Positions 1 to 10,998 of a DNA stretch of 64,000 nucleotides are shown here, piece after piece (position 1 is the first letter of the stretch; every line of letters begins with the position of its first letter). The position numbers and the translations under genes were made by a program. Origin of the DNA: Candidatus Bathyarchaeota archaeon (lineage in GTDB: Archaea > Thermoproteota > Bathyarchaeia > Bathyarchaeales > Bathycorpusculaceae); assembly GCA_963780185.1 (NCBI GenBank), contig CAWABA010000006.1, positions 256,001 to 320,000 of the forward strand, read 5' to 3'. The notes under the pieces are model-generated. The model was not told the DNA's origin, ran no database searches, and saw only the letters and a list, made by a program, of their open reading frames with translations.

Positions 1-1419
1 GGCAGAGAAGGGCTAGTCGACACAGCCGTCCGCACACAACAAAGTGGTTACATGCAGCGTAGGCTAATTAACGCACTTGAACACATACGCCTCGAATACG
101 ACAGCACAGTCCGTGACTCCGCAGGTGACATCATCCAATTCCGATACGGAGAAGACGGTGTTGACCCAGCAAAAAGCGACCACGGAAAAGCAGTAAACGT
201 CACCCGCCTCATCGACCAAATAAAAATCGGCCAAGAAAAAGGCGAAGCTGCATCTGCTGAAGAAATCAAGAAACAACTCAAAAAAGTCGAGTTACAGCTA
301 ACTCCGATTCTATTGACTCAGCTTAAACAGAACTTCGCAAAGGGCAAGCTCACCGCGAAAAGCGTAGAAAAAGCCACCTCAGTCACTGCTGACCAATACA
401 AACGTGCCCTAATGGAGCCAGGTGAAGCAGTAGGAATTGTCGCTGCACAATCAATCGGCGAACCAGGCACACAGATGACTCTCAGAACATTCCACTACGC
501 AGGTGTCAAAGAACAAAACGTAACTTTAGGCTTACCCCGACTTATCGAAATCGTGGACGCCCGCAGAATTCCCTCAACCCCAATCATGACCATCTTCTTG
601 ATGCCTGAACATGCAAAAAGCAAAGAAGGCGCCGTTGAAATCGCAAGAAACATAATCTACACTTCCGTCGAAAACTTGGCATCCGCAATTTACGAGGACC
701 CTGTGCGCGAAGAAATCATTATTGAACTAAACAAATCAATGATGGATGACAGAGGCATAACCATGGAGTTGCTGGAAGAAAGGCTGCAATTGCAGAACGC
801 AACCGTCACAGTGGCAGACACTACAGTGGAGATTAAGCCGAAGAAAGCTGAGCAGCTGAAACGTATGCTCGGCAAGATTCCAGGCTTCCAAGTCAAAGGT
901 GTACCTGACATTAAACGCGTACTCGTCACTGAAGAAAGCGGCGAATGGGTAATACGTACTGATGGCTCGAACCTGTCAAAAGTCTTAGAAGTCGAAGGCG
1001 TAGACACATCCAGAACAACAACCAACAACATCCACGAAATAGCTAAAACCTTAGGAGTGGAAGCCTCAAGAAACGCACTTGTCCACGAAGCCAAAGGAGT
1101 CTTGGAGGACCAGGGCTTAGACGTAGACGTACGACACGTAATGCTCGTAGCAGACATGATGACCACCACAGGCGATGTGCAACAAATCGGAAGACACGGC
1201 ATCAGCGGAAAGAAAGCAAGCGTTTTGGCGCGCGCCGCATTCGAAATCACAGTGCCAAACATTATTGAAGCAGCCGTCAAAGGTGAAAGTGACCCCTTGG
1301 CAGGAGTAACCGAAAACGTTATAGTAGGGCAGTCAATACCAATCGGGACTGGCTTAGTTGAATTGTACATGTCAACGTTCGAAAAGCAAGTAAAAGAGGG
1401 AGGAAAGACAGAAGCATGA
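1..1419 (+). CDS. rpoA: DNA-directed RNA polymerase largest subunit, fused A'/A'' (5'-truncated by window)
   Basis: Frame is open from base 1: [22 protein letters not shown] (A' C-terminus) continues without a stop into [25 protein letters not shown] (A'' trigger loop). Confidence 0.97.
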   Translation, partial: GREGLVDTAVRTQQSGYMQRRLINALEHIRLEYDSTVRDSAGDIIQFRYGEDGVDPAKSDHGKAVNVTRLIDQIKIGQEKGEAASAEEIKKQLKKVELQLTPILLTQLKQNFAKGKLTAKSVEKATSVTADQYKRALMEPGEAVGIVAAQSIGEPGTQMTLRTFHYAGVKEQNVTLGLPRLIEIVDARRIPSTPIMTIFLMPEHAKSKEGAVEIARNIIYTSVENLASAIYEDPVREEIIIELNKSMMDDRGITMELLEERLQLQNATVTVADTTVEIKPKKAEQLKRMLGKIPGFQVKGVPDIKRVLVTEESGEWVIRTDGSNLSKVLEVEGVDTSRTTTNNIHEIAKTLGVEASRNALVHEAKGVLEDQGLDVDVRHVMLVADMMTTTGDVQQIGRHGISGKKASVLARAAFEITVPNIIEAAVKGESDPLAGVTENVIVGQSIPIGTGLVELYMSTFEKQVKEGGKTEA

Positions 1420-1730
1420 TAGATATAGATAAGGCGTTAGCGTCAGCGGTTAAAACAGGCAAAGTATCCTACGGATCTAACACTGCGTTACAAAACGCTA
1501 AAACAGGAAAGGCTAAGCTGATTGTTTTAGCCTCTAACTGTCCCAAAAACACAAAAGAACAAATAGAATACTATGGAGAAATCTCTAAAGTTCCCGTAAT
1601 AACTTACAAAGGTGGCTCAATGGATCTCGCTGAAGTATGCAAAAAACTTTTCATTATTTCAGCCTTAAGCATCCGCGAAACCGGGGACTCTGACATACTC
1701 AAAATAACAGAAGAACAACCTGTAGAATAA
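1416..1730 (+). CDS. rpl30e: 50S ribosomal protein L30e
   Basis: [10 protein letters not shown]...[10 protein letters not shown]...GDSDIL motifs; conserved position after rpoA. Confidence 0.96.
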   Translation: MIDIDKALASAVKTGKVSYGSNTALQNAKTGKAKLIVLASNCPKNTKEQIEYYGEISKVPVITYKGGSMDLAEVCKKLFIISALSIRETGDSDILKITEEQPVE

Positions 1731-1747
1731 AAAATGGAGGAGAAAAA

Positions 1748-2185
1748 CTGACAACTGGCATAAAAATCACGTGCGACGAAATGCGTTACATAGCTCTGTT
1801 TGAAAGCATAAGCGGCGCAAGCGTGAAGGACTGCATAATCGACGAAATAGAGCAACGAGCAATCTTCATCGTAAACGCAGGTCAAGTGGGCGTCGCAATA
1901 GGCAAAGGCGGCAGAAACATCCACACTCTCGAACGGATGACTGGCAAAAAACACGAAATCATTGAGTACAGCGAGGACCCAGTTCAATTCATGAAAAACG
2001 CTTTGAAACCCGCGGCAGTAAGAGAAGTGCGCGTCACTGAAAGAACTGACGGCAAAAAAATGGCAGTCATCACCGTTAACCCAAAAGACAAGGGCGTCGC
2101 AATAGGCAAAAACGGCAAAAACGCTGAACGTCTGCGCTTTTTAGCAAAACGGTACTTCGACATTCAAAACGTAAGCATCACCTAA
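1748..2185 (+). CDS. nusA: Archaeal NusA (KH domains); probable CTG start at 1748, first ATG at 1781
   Basis: Two AIGKxGxN KH motifs; rpoA-rpl30e-nusA synteny; GGAGG at 1736-1740 precedes the in-frame CTG. Confidence 0.95.
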   Translation: MTTGIKITCDEMRYIALFESISGASVKDCIIDEIEQRAIFIVNAGQVGVAIGKGGRNIHTLERMTGKKHEIIEYSEDPVQFMKNALKPAAVREVRVTERTDGKKMAVITVNPKDKGVAIGKNGKNAERLRFLAKRYFDIQNVSIT

Positions 2186-2353
2186 ACAGCCTGAAATGGG
2201 CTATTAGGCGACATAACGTCGTTGATTCATCGTACAGGCAAATCTGAATGGATATCCTCGCGCAAGATTTTGGAAAACTGCCAAATAAAGATAAGAAAAG
2301 TGCCTACGCGCAGGCGGTCTTTTCAAGAGCCCTCTGAAAAGCATGGTTGATTT

Positions 2354-2399
2354 TTAGTCAAGAAACCTTAACTAAAATTAGTCAACGAATTTTGACGAT
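2354..2399. promoter_or_regulatory. Tandem imperfect palindromes TTAGTCAA-N6-TT(A/G)AC upstream of the PQQ-repeat gene
   Basis: ttagtcaa gaaacc ttaactaa (2354-2375) and ttagtcaa cgaatt ttgac (2378-2396). Confidence 0.4.
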
Positions 2400-2433
2400 A
2401 ATTCTTTTATTCTGAAGCAAACTTCGGTAGCTA

Positions 2434-4521
2434 TTGGTGAAAACGGGAATGAAGCATAGAAGTAGCATCGTCGCTTTCGTCATCTTTGTTTTAATGGTAT
2501 CTAACGTCGCAACTTTGGGCGTTTCATTTCAAACGGCCAACGCCAATAGCCAAAACACAACTACCGTGAAATTACTTAATTTCGGCGGCGGCCTAGCATC
2601 GCTTACTACTGAAACAACTCATACCAGCCTTTACGCCGCAAAACTTGTAATTCCATCTCCCGCGCCGGAAGGCTCTGGCTGTATGGTGCTGTACCCCTAC
2701 AACAAAACGTTAAACTCGTTGCAGTCATTTCAAGTCTTCACCTCTTATAGTGACGCAGTGCCAAGATTTGTTTTGCTGCTTGACACAAACGCCGATGGCT
2801 TAACAGACGTTGTTCTGCTCAGCGACTATCAATTCACCAGTGACGGCAGCTGGCAAGCCACACAAGGTGGACAACGATGGGGGTGGACAGTAGCAAACTC
2901 TGACTTAACCACCTGCGGAACCGTTTGGAACAGTTCCAGCCAATGGAAAAATATCTACGGAAACGCAACCGTTCTCTCTGTCGGAGTGGCGCTGGAATAC
3001 TGGGCTGTCAGAGACTCAAACGGCCTTGACCAGCCATTGTTCGCAGACGAATTAACACTAAACGGCATAACATACAACATCGCCAACCAAACGGGAAGTC
3101 AACAGCCAAACCAGCCAGCCCCAGACAACTGGTCAATGTATCGGCATGACCTTCAACGCTCAGGTCTCTCATCTTCAGTAGCCCCCAACGGCAGCCTATC
3201 CTGGCAATTCTTCACAGGTCCCTCCAACAGTTCCGCCCTTGCCCTTGCCGACCGCTTAAGAGCCTCTCCTACCGTAGTTGACGGCGTCGTATACTTTGGT
3301 TCAAACAGCAGCTATTTCTACGCTTTAAATGCGACAAACGGTTGCACCATTTGGCAAGTTGATGTCGGCGCCAATGTGGAGTCTTCGGCTGCAGTTGTTG
3401 ACAACATGGTTTACGTCGGAATCTTGTGGGATGGACACAATGGCTACGTGGACGCGTTGAATGCTAAGACTGGCGCATTAATTTGGCGGTTTGCAACAAA
3501 CAGCGGGATCGAGTCATCTCCAGCAGTCAGCGCCGGCGTTGTTTACATCGGTGCATACAGCGGATACGTCTACGCGTTAAATGCCACAAACGGCGCGTTA
3601 ATATGGTCGTACCTTACAGGCGGCTCAACGTTTTCCTCTCCCGCCATCGTTGGTAGTATCGTTTACATTGGCTCAAACGACGGCAAAATATATGCTTTAA
3701 ACGCCAATAGCGGAGCACTAATATGGTTATTCCAAACGGGCGACCCAATCTATTCCTCTCCCGCAGTTGCCAATAACGCTGTATATCTTAACACTGACAA
3801 CGGCACGGTTTATGGTTTGAGAGCAAATGACGGCGCCAAAATTTGGCAAGCAAGCGTAGGCTTAGGCGATCACGCTGATGATTCACCTGCTGTAGCCAAC
3901 GGCATTGTTTACGTTGGTGCACGCAACGGCTATTACGCCTTTAATGCATCTAATGGCTCGCAAATTTGGTCCTTTACCTCACCATACTCACAGCGTCAGC
4001 TCACAGGATATGTCTATTCCTCTCCCGCTGTAGCCGGCGGCGTCGTTTACTTTGGGTCATGGGACAGCTATTTATTCGCTTTGAATGCTTTCAACGGCTC
4101 TCTAATCTGGTCATATCATACGGGAGGCTTCCTGTTTTCGTCACCCGCAATCGTTAACGGCATAGTCTACATAGGCTCATACGACGGCTATCTTTACGCT
4201 TTAGGCGGTGCCCACTCTTCAACACCTACCCCAACCGCAACCCCTCAACCTACCCCAACTTCCTCCCCAGCGAGGTCCCCTTCACCTACCACAGCCCCAA
4301 CCAACGTTACCTCTTCACAGTCAACTACAACGATGTCATTACCAGTGTCTACTCCGATGCCAAGCCAAATGCCAGCTTCCACAAGTCAACCAAGAATAGC
4401 CGTCGCTGCGGAGCCAAACGAAAACATAAACTGGATTATACTAGGCGCCACCGTCATCATGCTGGCAGCAATCCTCTTCGCGCTTGTGTTCGTTTTCACA
4501 AGGAAGCCTCTGGAATCATAA
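2434..4521 (+). CDS. Membrane-anchored surface protein with PQQ-like (BamB-type) beta-propeller repeats
   Basis: Signal peptide, WSMYRHD motif, repeated SSPAVxxGxVYxGSxDGxxYALNAxxGxxIW units, P/T/S linker, C-terminal TM helix with a basic tail. Confidence 0.9.
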   Translation: MVKTGMKHRSSIVAFVIFVLMVSNVATLGVSFQTANANSQNTTTVKLLNFGGGLASLTTETTHTSLYAAKLVIPSPAPEGSGCMVLYPYNKTLNSLQSFQVFTSYSDAVPRFVLLLDTNADGLTDVVLLSDYQFTSDGSWQATQGGQRWGWTVANSDLTTCGTVWNSSSQWKNIYGNATVLSVGVALEYWAVRDSNGLDQPLFADELTLNGITYNIANQTGSQQPNQPAPDNWSMYRHDLQRSGLSSSVAPNGSLSWQFFTGPSNSSALALADRLRASPTVVDGVVYFGSNSSYFYALNATNGCTIWQVDVGANVESSAAVVDNMVYVGILWDGHNGYVDALNAKTGALIWRFATNSGIESSPAVSAGVVYIGAYSGYVYALNATNGALIWSYLTGGSTFSSPAIVGSIVYIGSNDGKIYALNANSGALIWLFQTGDPIYSSPAVANNAVYLNTDNGTVYGLRANDGAKIWQASVGLGDHADDSPAVANGIVYVGARNGYYAFNASNGSQIWSFTSPYSQRQLTGYVYSSPAVAGGVVYFGSWDSYLFALNAFNGSLIWSYHTGGFLFSSPAIVNGIVYIGSYDGYLYALGGAHSSTPTPTATPQPTPTSSPARSPSPTTAPTNVTSSQSTTTMSLPVSTPMPSQMPASTSQPRIAVAAEPNENINWIILGATVIMLAAILFALVFVFTRKPLES

Positions 4522-4728
4522 ATTCAACACCGACCCATTTCACCAAAACAAAACATCCAAAAAGAGAGGTGAAAAACAACCGACCGCAAAGCAATAACTA
4601 AAAATGAACATTTTTCAATTCCTCATTTTTTAAAAAACGAAATTTCGTTACTGTAACCAAACATGTGCACATTAGAAAACGGGCTGTCAATGGTGATTCG
4701 AATGAAGACATAATCTTCTCAAAAATGG

Positions 4729-5085
4729 TCAGTTCTTTGAAACATCTGGGTTAGTAGTAGTTGATCCCGTTTTTTCGTCTAGCAGTTCTTTTATTATGTT
4801 GCGGTATGTTTGAAGGTAATCTTTTCCTTCTTTGGTTAAAACGTAGACTTTGCGGGCTCGTCCGCTTTTTTGTTGTTTTTTGCTCTCCAGGAAGCCTCTT
4901 GCCTCTAGAGCTTTTAGCGTCGGGTAGAGGGCGCCGTGTCTTAGTTTTATGTCGAATTGTTCTTCTACTTGCTTTTTTATTTGGTATCCCCATGTTGGTT
5001 GGGCTTGAACTATGCGGAGAAGTTGGATGTCTAGTTGGTTTCTGATTATGTGTTGTACAATTTCTTTTTTGTAGGTTTCTGACAT
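4729..5085 (-). CDS. PadR-family transcriptional regulator
   Basis: WGYQIKK...GALYPTLKALEARGFL...RARKVYVLTKEG. Confidence 0.92.
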   Translation of the reverse strand: MSETYKKEIVQHIIRNQLDIQLLRIVQAQPTWGYQIKKQVEEQFDIKLRHGALYPTLKALEARGFLESKKQQKSGRARKVYVLTKEGKDYLQTYRNIIKELLDEKTGSTTTNPDVSKN

Positions 5086-5245
5086 GGGTTTGTACCTTGT
5101 TATGGGCTTAAGTGTTGTTTGATGTGTGGGTTTATTTGTTTTATGTAGATTTTGTCGGTGTTTTTTATTGCCTTGCTATGTTTTTGTATGCTTGTAGTAT
5201 GTATGAAGATTTATATTAGCGTTTATTAATATTAGCTACATCACT

Positions 5246-5267
5246 ATATGTCTGAAATAGGACATAT
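5246..5267. promoter_or_regulatory. Candidate PadR operator ATATGTC-N8-GACATAT between divergent padR genes
   Basis: Perfect 7-bp inverted arms containing ATGT-N10-ACAT, just downstream of an AT-rich TTTATTAAT element. Confidence 0.6.
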
Positions 5268-5320
5268 TGTATCCATGAAGAACAGCCGAACTGTTCAACA
5301 CAAAAACAGGTCGAAAAAAA

Positions 5321-5725
5321 ATGTTACGAACCTTAACCGCGCAAAAAGAGGTTTCAACCAAACTGATGAAAGGCCTATTGGACCTTATCATACTGCAGTT
5401 CCTCAGCATTCAGCCGATGCATGGATATCAGGTAATAACAAAGATCCGCAAAAGCTTCGGCGTGTATTTCGGTCCAAGCACTGTTTATCCGTTGCTGAAT
5501 ACTCTTGAGAAGAAGGGTTTTGTGAAGAGTGAGTGGAACATGAGTTTTGAGAGACCGCGGAAAATTTATAGTCTCACTAATAACGGGCAGAACATGCTTG
5601 ATTTCACTGAGGAGTCGTTGAATTTGATATGTCGGAAGCTTTCGCCCCAGCAAGGTGTGGAGCAGACGACTTCGCCTTCTTTGGCTATTATGGCGAAGAT
5701 GCCGGCTCGTAAACAGACCGTTTAG
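5321..5725 (+). CDS. PadR-family transcriptional regulator
   Basis: MHGYQVI...PSTVYPLLNTLEKKGFV...RPRKIYSLT. Confidence 0.93.
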   Translation: MLRTLTAQKEVSTKLMKGLLDLIILQFLSIQPMHGYQVITKIRKSFGVYFGPSTVYPLLNTLEKKGFVKSEWNMSFERPRKIYSLTNNGQNMLDFTEESLNLICRKLSPQQGVEQTTSPSLAIMAKMPARKQTV

Positions 5726-5856
5726 CCGTGTGGTGTGGGGGCGGGTTTGCGGTTTGGGTTAGTTTGCTTTGTTGTTCAGGTTGGGCGGTTTGTGTCGTTT
5801 TGTGTGCAAATGCGTTTTAAATATCTGTGCGGTTTATTCTATATTGGACGAATCAG

Positions 5857-7578
5857 TTGAAACAGATTAGCGGCGTAGAAAACTAAGGATTTGAATGATC
5901 AACTGCTGGATTTTTGTAGACGTATCGCTGGGTCAGCAGCCATCACCGCTATTGCCCAGGTTGACAGGTACTCAGCGTCGGCCAGCAACGAGCGAGCTGT
6001 GATTGAGATCGTGGTTGTGATTCGGGATTTTCAGCCCAGAGTCATGAGTTACATAAGGACAATAAATGAAAGACCCGTTTTTGTTTGGGCTGTTGACCAA
6101 TGGATTTTTGAGCGGGACATCGAGAGAGGCTTTTTAGGCGAGGCGATTGCAAGCAAACTTGTTTTTCCCTACTTGGGGTTATCAGCGACGAATACCTGCA
6201 TACGGAGGAAGTTGCCCTCAAGAAACGTTTGATTCTTGAGTTGCTGGAGAATTTAGTCATCAGTTTTCCCGAGCTTGCAGTCGAATGCAGATTAAGCCGC
6301 AGTATTTCCTCTATGAGGTGCTTCTGAGTCGAATCCGCATTTTTCCGTTGCTTGCCTACGACGCTTCAAACGTTATCGCGGGGGTCACAGTTAACGAGGC
6401 GCGGTCTCTTGACAGCTACAACGAAGCGTTACGCCTGCTTGAGGCTGAAGGAAAAATCTACTTCTTCAACGGCTACGTCAAAATCTCAAAGAAGCTTATT
6501 GCCCAGTGCCAGAACCCACGGGTCAGGATTTTCAATTTGACGCGGAACGCGCCGCGAACGCTTTTTACGTCTTTTTTCAGTTTTTTCCCCCAGCTAATGA
6601 GCATCGTTTCGCAGAACACTGAGATTTTCCTTCGGACACAGAAAATTAATTGGCCAAAACTTCCCGATCCCGCTTACCTGTTTTTGGATCCTCAAAAATA
6701 TGTTTTCTTCCAAACTTCAGAGGGTTTGATTTCGCTCTCAGACAAGATTGACATCAAAGGTTTTGCGCAGAAGATGCTGCTGGACGGTAAAAGCGAAGAC
6801 GTTACTGTGGAGCCGCTCGGCGGAATGCTTAACGACGTCTACTTGATCCATGCCTAAAGGGAAAGGAGGCGAAACAAAGGCGCTTGCGAAACGCTATAAG
6901 GATCTGTCAGGGTTCAAGTGGTTTCCGTTAACGGTGTGGTCGTTTGGGGTGCGGTCGCTTTCTGTTTCAGCTCAGGCAAGGCTTGCAAAGGAATGTGCGA
7001 TGAACGAGTTGCTTAGAAGTGAAGGGTTCAATGTGCCGAAGATTTTTCATGTAAGCAACGCGCAGCGGTTGGTTTTTATGGAGTTTATCGAAGGCGAAGG
7101 GCTTAACCAAACCATCAAGAAAGTAGCTACCGCCAAGAAGGGCGAGGACGTTGAGCCTGAACTCGCCAGGATAAGCCAGGCAGGGGAAATTCTTGCCCAA
7201 GTTCATTCACGCGGCATCACTTTGGGCGACACAAAGCCTGAAAACATGCTTGTCAAGCCCGACGACAGCATTTACCTGATAGATTTTGAACAAGCCTCCC
7301 AAGTAGCTCAGAAAGGCGACAAGCCATGGGATTTAGCTGTCTTCCTCTATTACTCGGGACATTACATGCAGCCTCTAAACGGCGGCAACATCAAAGCTGA
7401 AGCGTTTACCCGAGCCTTCATCAAAGGATACTTGAAGGGCGGCGGAGACGTCAGTGACGTTCAAGCCGCTGGAGCTTCCAAGTACACGAGGGTTTTCGGC
7501 ATCTTCACAATGTGGTCCATCATCACGGCTATTGCAAACGTCTGTAAAAAGACGGAATCCCCCGTCGAAGCCGCTTAA
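5857..7578 (+). CDS. Large protein with a nucleotidyltransferase-like N-terminus and a RIO/Kdo/Bud32-like kinase C-terminus; split by frameshifts into 5891-6232, 6285-6857 and 6850-7578
   Basis: C-terminal HxxGITLGDTKPEN and IYLIDFE kinase motifs; the fragments abut in shifted frames. Confidence 0.7.
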
Positions 7579-7592
7579 CTCGGCTAATCCCC

Positions 7593-9097
7593 TTAGGTTT
7601 TATTTGACTCGCTTTGCAGCCAATCTTTTATGAGCATAGTCGCCACGCAGTCGTCTCTGTTGTAGTCGATTACTTTTTCCATTTTTTCCCTGTTCGCCGC
7701 GGGGTCTTTGACGTACTCAAAATACATAGCTATTGACTCCATGGCGTTTACGTCGGCATGTTTCCATTTGTAGCCGATGTAGGCGGCGATTTCTTTTAAG
7801 CCATTTCCGTAGGTTGGGAAGGCGAAGTTTGCGACTGCGTCCTTGTAGAGGTCTCGCATGCTGCCCAGAATCGGTTCCGCCTCCTTTGCGAAAACTCGTA
7901 TCGGTCAATTAGCCGTTGGATGTGGACTCTTTCGTAATTATGCCAATGATATATCACGTAATCGTTTTGTGCGAGAACCCACTTTAGGAATTTGGAAAAC
8001 ATTTCTTTTTCCTGATTCAGACTGTGCGCAACGAAAGGAATGTATTTTTCTTCTCCATGGGACCTGATCAACAGCCCAATCAGGTAATCCATCGCCACCA
8101 AACCCTCCTCTTGAACTTGCTCGCCTGTTCCCTCAAGATCAAGGAAAAGCTCCATCTTCTTTTCGGGAAATTTGCAGCATCCAAGCCTAATGTGGTTTCC
8201 TGAAGCAAGAGCTGCCGCGTTATTATGGAATTTAGTTGCCGTTTTTTCCCCGATTCCTTCGATTTCCGTAAGATTTTGAACTCCCGTTTTCGCCAAGTTT
8301 TCGACAGTGTGGATGTTGCGGGCGATTAAGTCTCCTTTTATAAGACTGCCCAACACCGCTGACTAGGGAAACATCCCGTGTCTTGACGGCTTCTTCGTTG
8401 TTGTAGGTTTCCCATGGCCAAACGCAGGCGCCATAAGTTGGAGCCACCTTTTTGCCTCTCAAAATTTCCCTGATATCCTGCATCGTTGCGAGCAGTTCGG
8501 TTTCGTCGAATTTTTGTTCGGTTTCTTCAAGGTCGCGGTTGATTAGGTAAAATGATGGTGGGGTGAAGCCTTGGATTTTTCCGATGACGTAGTTGTAAAA
8601 GGCTGCTTGCAGGATGTGTTCTTGTCGAATGTTTCTTGCAAGCTTGATTTCTTTTACAATGTAGTAGTAGTTGCCGAAGACGGATTTTTGTCCCTGCCTC
8701 TTCTCCAAAACGTCAACAACGCCGTACAATCCTTCAGGCAAATAGAAAACAGGCATGCCAGTTGCCGCGGCGGCGCCTTTTGCCATTGCCTCTAAAAGCA
8801 TATTAAAGCCTTCTTCAAGGGTCACGTATTTGAGGGGTTTTAGGTTGGGATAGTTGTTTTCGATGACTTGTTTTTCATGGGCTTTGCCTTGTTCAAAAAG
8901 CAGGTTGGTGTATGCGTTTTGGGGGTCTTTTTTCTCTTGGGGCGCAAATTTGTTGCAGTAAACCATGAAAGGCGAGACGCAGTAGTTGAAGACGGTTCTG
9001 GCAGTGATTTTTTTCTGGGGTTTCCAGAGAGGCATTTCGCGTAAAGCTCCCCGATGTCAACCGGTTTTTTTGCCACGCTCTTCCCATGCCTCCCCAT
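7593..9097 (-). CDS. TM0106-family RecB-like nuclease with HhH and RNase H-like domain (frameshifted)
   Basis: GVVDVL...VKEIK...HILQAAFY (PD-(D/E)xK/Cas4-like), GIGEKTA HhH, FLDLEG, YGLKEIA-like and DYNRDDCVAT motifs. Confidence 0.85.
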
Positions 9098-9586
9098 GGA
9101 CTTGTTAGGAGTAGATTACCTATAAGTTTTGTTCCCGTTTGCATGTGACTGGGCAGTTTGGGCTGAATTTGTTGCCTTCAAAAGAGCGACGCATTTAGTT
9201 CGGTTCGGCGACAATTGCCAAGGAGATAGTCCCGAATCCGATGAGGCATTAATTTGTGGTGAAAACGCGCTAAACGGTTACTGTCTCAATATTTCGTTGT
9301 CGAATATGCAAGAAGCATCGGCGGTGGTTGATGTTTCACTAAGAAATTTGCTTGGTTTTTTTGCGGGTTGGTGCAGCATTCGCTGTGTTGATCGGTGGCT
9401 TTTACGGATGTTCGAAGCTCGAAGAGGCGCCCACCGTGGGTGCAAACCAAGTTGATTGAACTTTTTGAGCGGGATAACCGGGTTTTCGGGGTGTTCGAGG
9501 TTTCGAAGAGCCCCTTTTGTGGTCAAAGGTGTGGCTGCTCCGTCTTGAGTGAAGTGTTTATTTAGCGCTGGGAACATTAGTTATAT

Positions 9587-9880
9587 GTGGTTCTTGTGAG
9601 TGACTTTTTTTATTACAAGGGATTGTACAAGGTTAAGGCTATAACAAAAAGTGAAGGTTACTGGATTGTTGAAGCCTTAGAGGATTTTGATGATTTCGTT
9701 GACTCCGAAAAGGTTTTGGTTAAAGCAGGCGAAAGACGCATCGTGATGGCAACCGAGTTGCACAGCAAAAAGACTTTGCCTCCGCCGATACCTGAACACC
9801 TCTATGAGCGTCGGCTTGAAAAGAAAGTTAAACGCATGGTTGAAGAATACGACAACACCCACAGAGAATTAACAATATAG
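9587..9880 (+). CDS. Hypothetical protein
   Basis: 97-aa ORF with protein-like composition; no motif recognised. Confidence 0.65.
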   Translation: MVLVSDFFYYKGLYKVKAITKSEGYWIVEALEDFDDFVDSEKVLVKAGERRIVMATELHSKKTLPPPIPEHLYERRLEKKVKRMVEEYDNTHRELTI

Positions 9881-9903
9881 TCTGTACCTCGAACTCTTTT
9901 TTT

Positions 9904-10119
9904 CTATTTGGATATTTTTGTCGGCAAACAGATGGCTTCATGGCAGCGTTTTCCCCTGTTTGCGTTTACAATACGGGGCGTTTCCAATAAGAAGGAAAAT
10001 ACTCCTTCGTCAACAACAACTTTTATCTGGGCTAGGTCTTTGGGTTTGCGGAAAACAATTGTGTCATCATCTTCATCATCAACAACTTCGCAGACCTTTT
10101 GCCCTTGAGTTATCGCCAG
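9904..10119 (-). CDS. Small hypothetical protein with CTG start (71 aa; not in ORF track)
   Basis: Open frame LAITQGQKVCEVVDDEDDDTIVFRKPKDLAQIKVVVDEGVFSFLLETPRI...; in-frame TAA just upstream. Confidence 0.5.
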   Translation of the reverse strand: MAITQGQKVCEVVDDEDDDTIVFRKPKDLAQIKVVVDEGVFSFLLETPRIVNANRGKRCHEAICLPTKISK

Positions 10120-10424
10120 TTTTTATTTTTTCGTACCCGCTACCCCTACGGTTTTCTAGAGGATCCAAATAGGTACATCTATAGGAGCCAAATAGACACA
10201 AAAGGAACCCACGAGCCCGTTTGTGTTTGAATGCAATATCTACCTCCCGGTCTACTATATGCTTCTGATACGCCCCAAATATGAAACAACATACTTCAAC
10301 ATACAGTCGACACCTGCACTTTTCTATGTGGAATTAACTTTTTTCAACATGCAACTATTTGCAGAGTTGACAGTTTAGACTTACTAATTCATCGCGAAAA
10401 AACAGTTGTGCAAACAGATTTTAG

Positions 10425-10937
10425 CTAATCTTGCCGTTTTCGGCGTGGTTTTTGGGGTCTCGCATTTAGTTTGCTGCTTATGATGCTGAGCAATTTATCG
10501 GGGGCGACGGGTTTCTCAATAAAAACGTCGGCGCCTTCAATACTATCTCGCAACTCTTTGTTGCCTGTAAGCATAATCTTCACTGTTTCTGGTGAAATGT
10601 TGTTTATGAATGGAAAAAGCTTGTCGCCTTCCATGTCGGGGAGCGCTAAATCAATTAATGCAACGTCGTATTTGTTGGCGCTTAGTTTTTCTATGGCTTC
10701 GGTTCCTTTTTCGGCAACTGTAACAATGTAGCCTTTGTTTTGGAAAATTCTGCGTAAAACATGTAAAATTGCCACGTCATCATCAACAATCAGAATGGAT
10801 GCTTTGCTAGAAACAAACGTGAAAAACACCCTAAAAGTTAGGGTCTCGGCCTTACTAATAAGGCTTACGCAAGCGCTAAGCACGAGGCTCAACCTTAACA
10901 AAAACCGCAGTATCTTGACTAATCTTTGACAAACCAA
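10425..10937 (-). CDS. Stand-alone response regulator receiver (true start probably near 10830)
   Basis: ILIVDDD, DVALIDLALPDMEG, IMLTG and FIEKP motifs. Confidence 0.92.
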   Translation of the reverse strand: MVCQRLVKILRFLLRLSLVLSACVSLISKAETLTFRVFFTFVSSKASILIVDDDVAILHVLRRIFQNKGYIVTVAEKGTEAIEKLSANKYDVALIDLALPDMEGDKLFPFINNISPETVKIMLTGNKELRDSIEGADVFIEKPVAPDKLLSIISSKLNARPQKPRRKRQD

Positions 10938-10945
10938 TTAGTCAA
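10915..10945. promoter_or_regulatory. Inverted repeat TTGACTAAT-N13-ATTAGTCAA between the divergent receiver and wHTH genes
   Basis: Perfect 9-bp arms. Confidence 0.5.
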
Positions 10946-10998
10946 ATAATCTTAAATCCTGCCATCACAAACTGAATCGCAAGCATAAAAGCGGTGGA

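Noticed and set aside
1-1419. Fused RpoA'/A'' as a novelty
   Set aside because: The unsplit subunit is already known in several TACK lineages; it is useful only as a taxonomic clue.
4220-4380. Pro/Thr/Ser low-complexity repeats (also 26690-26795)
   Set aside because: Ordinary linkers of membrane-anchored archaeal surface proteins.
7593-9097. TM0106 nuclease plus the neighbouring kinase as a defence operon
   Set aside because: The genes are convergent rather than co-transcribed, and no helicase or other defence partner is adjacent.
9129-9577. Overlapping ORFs on both strands upstream of the TM0106 gene
   Set aside because: No motifs and atypical composition; probably decayed or non-coding DNA.
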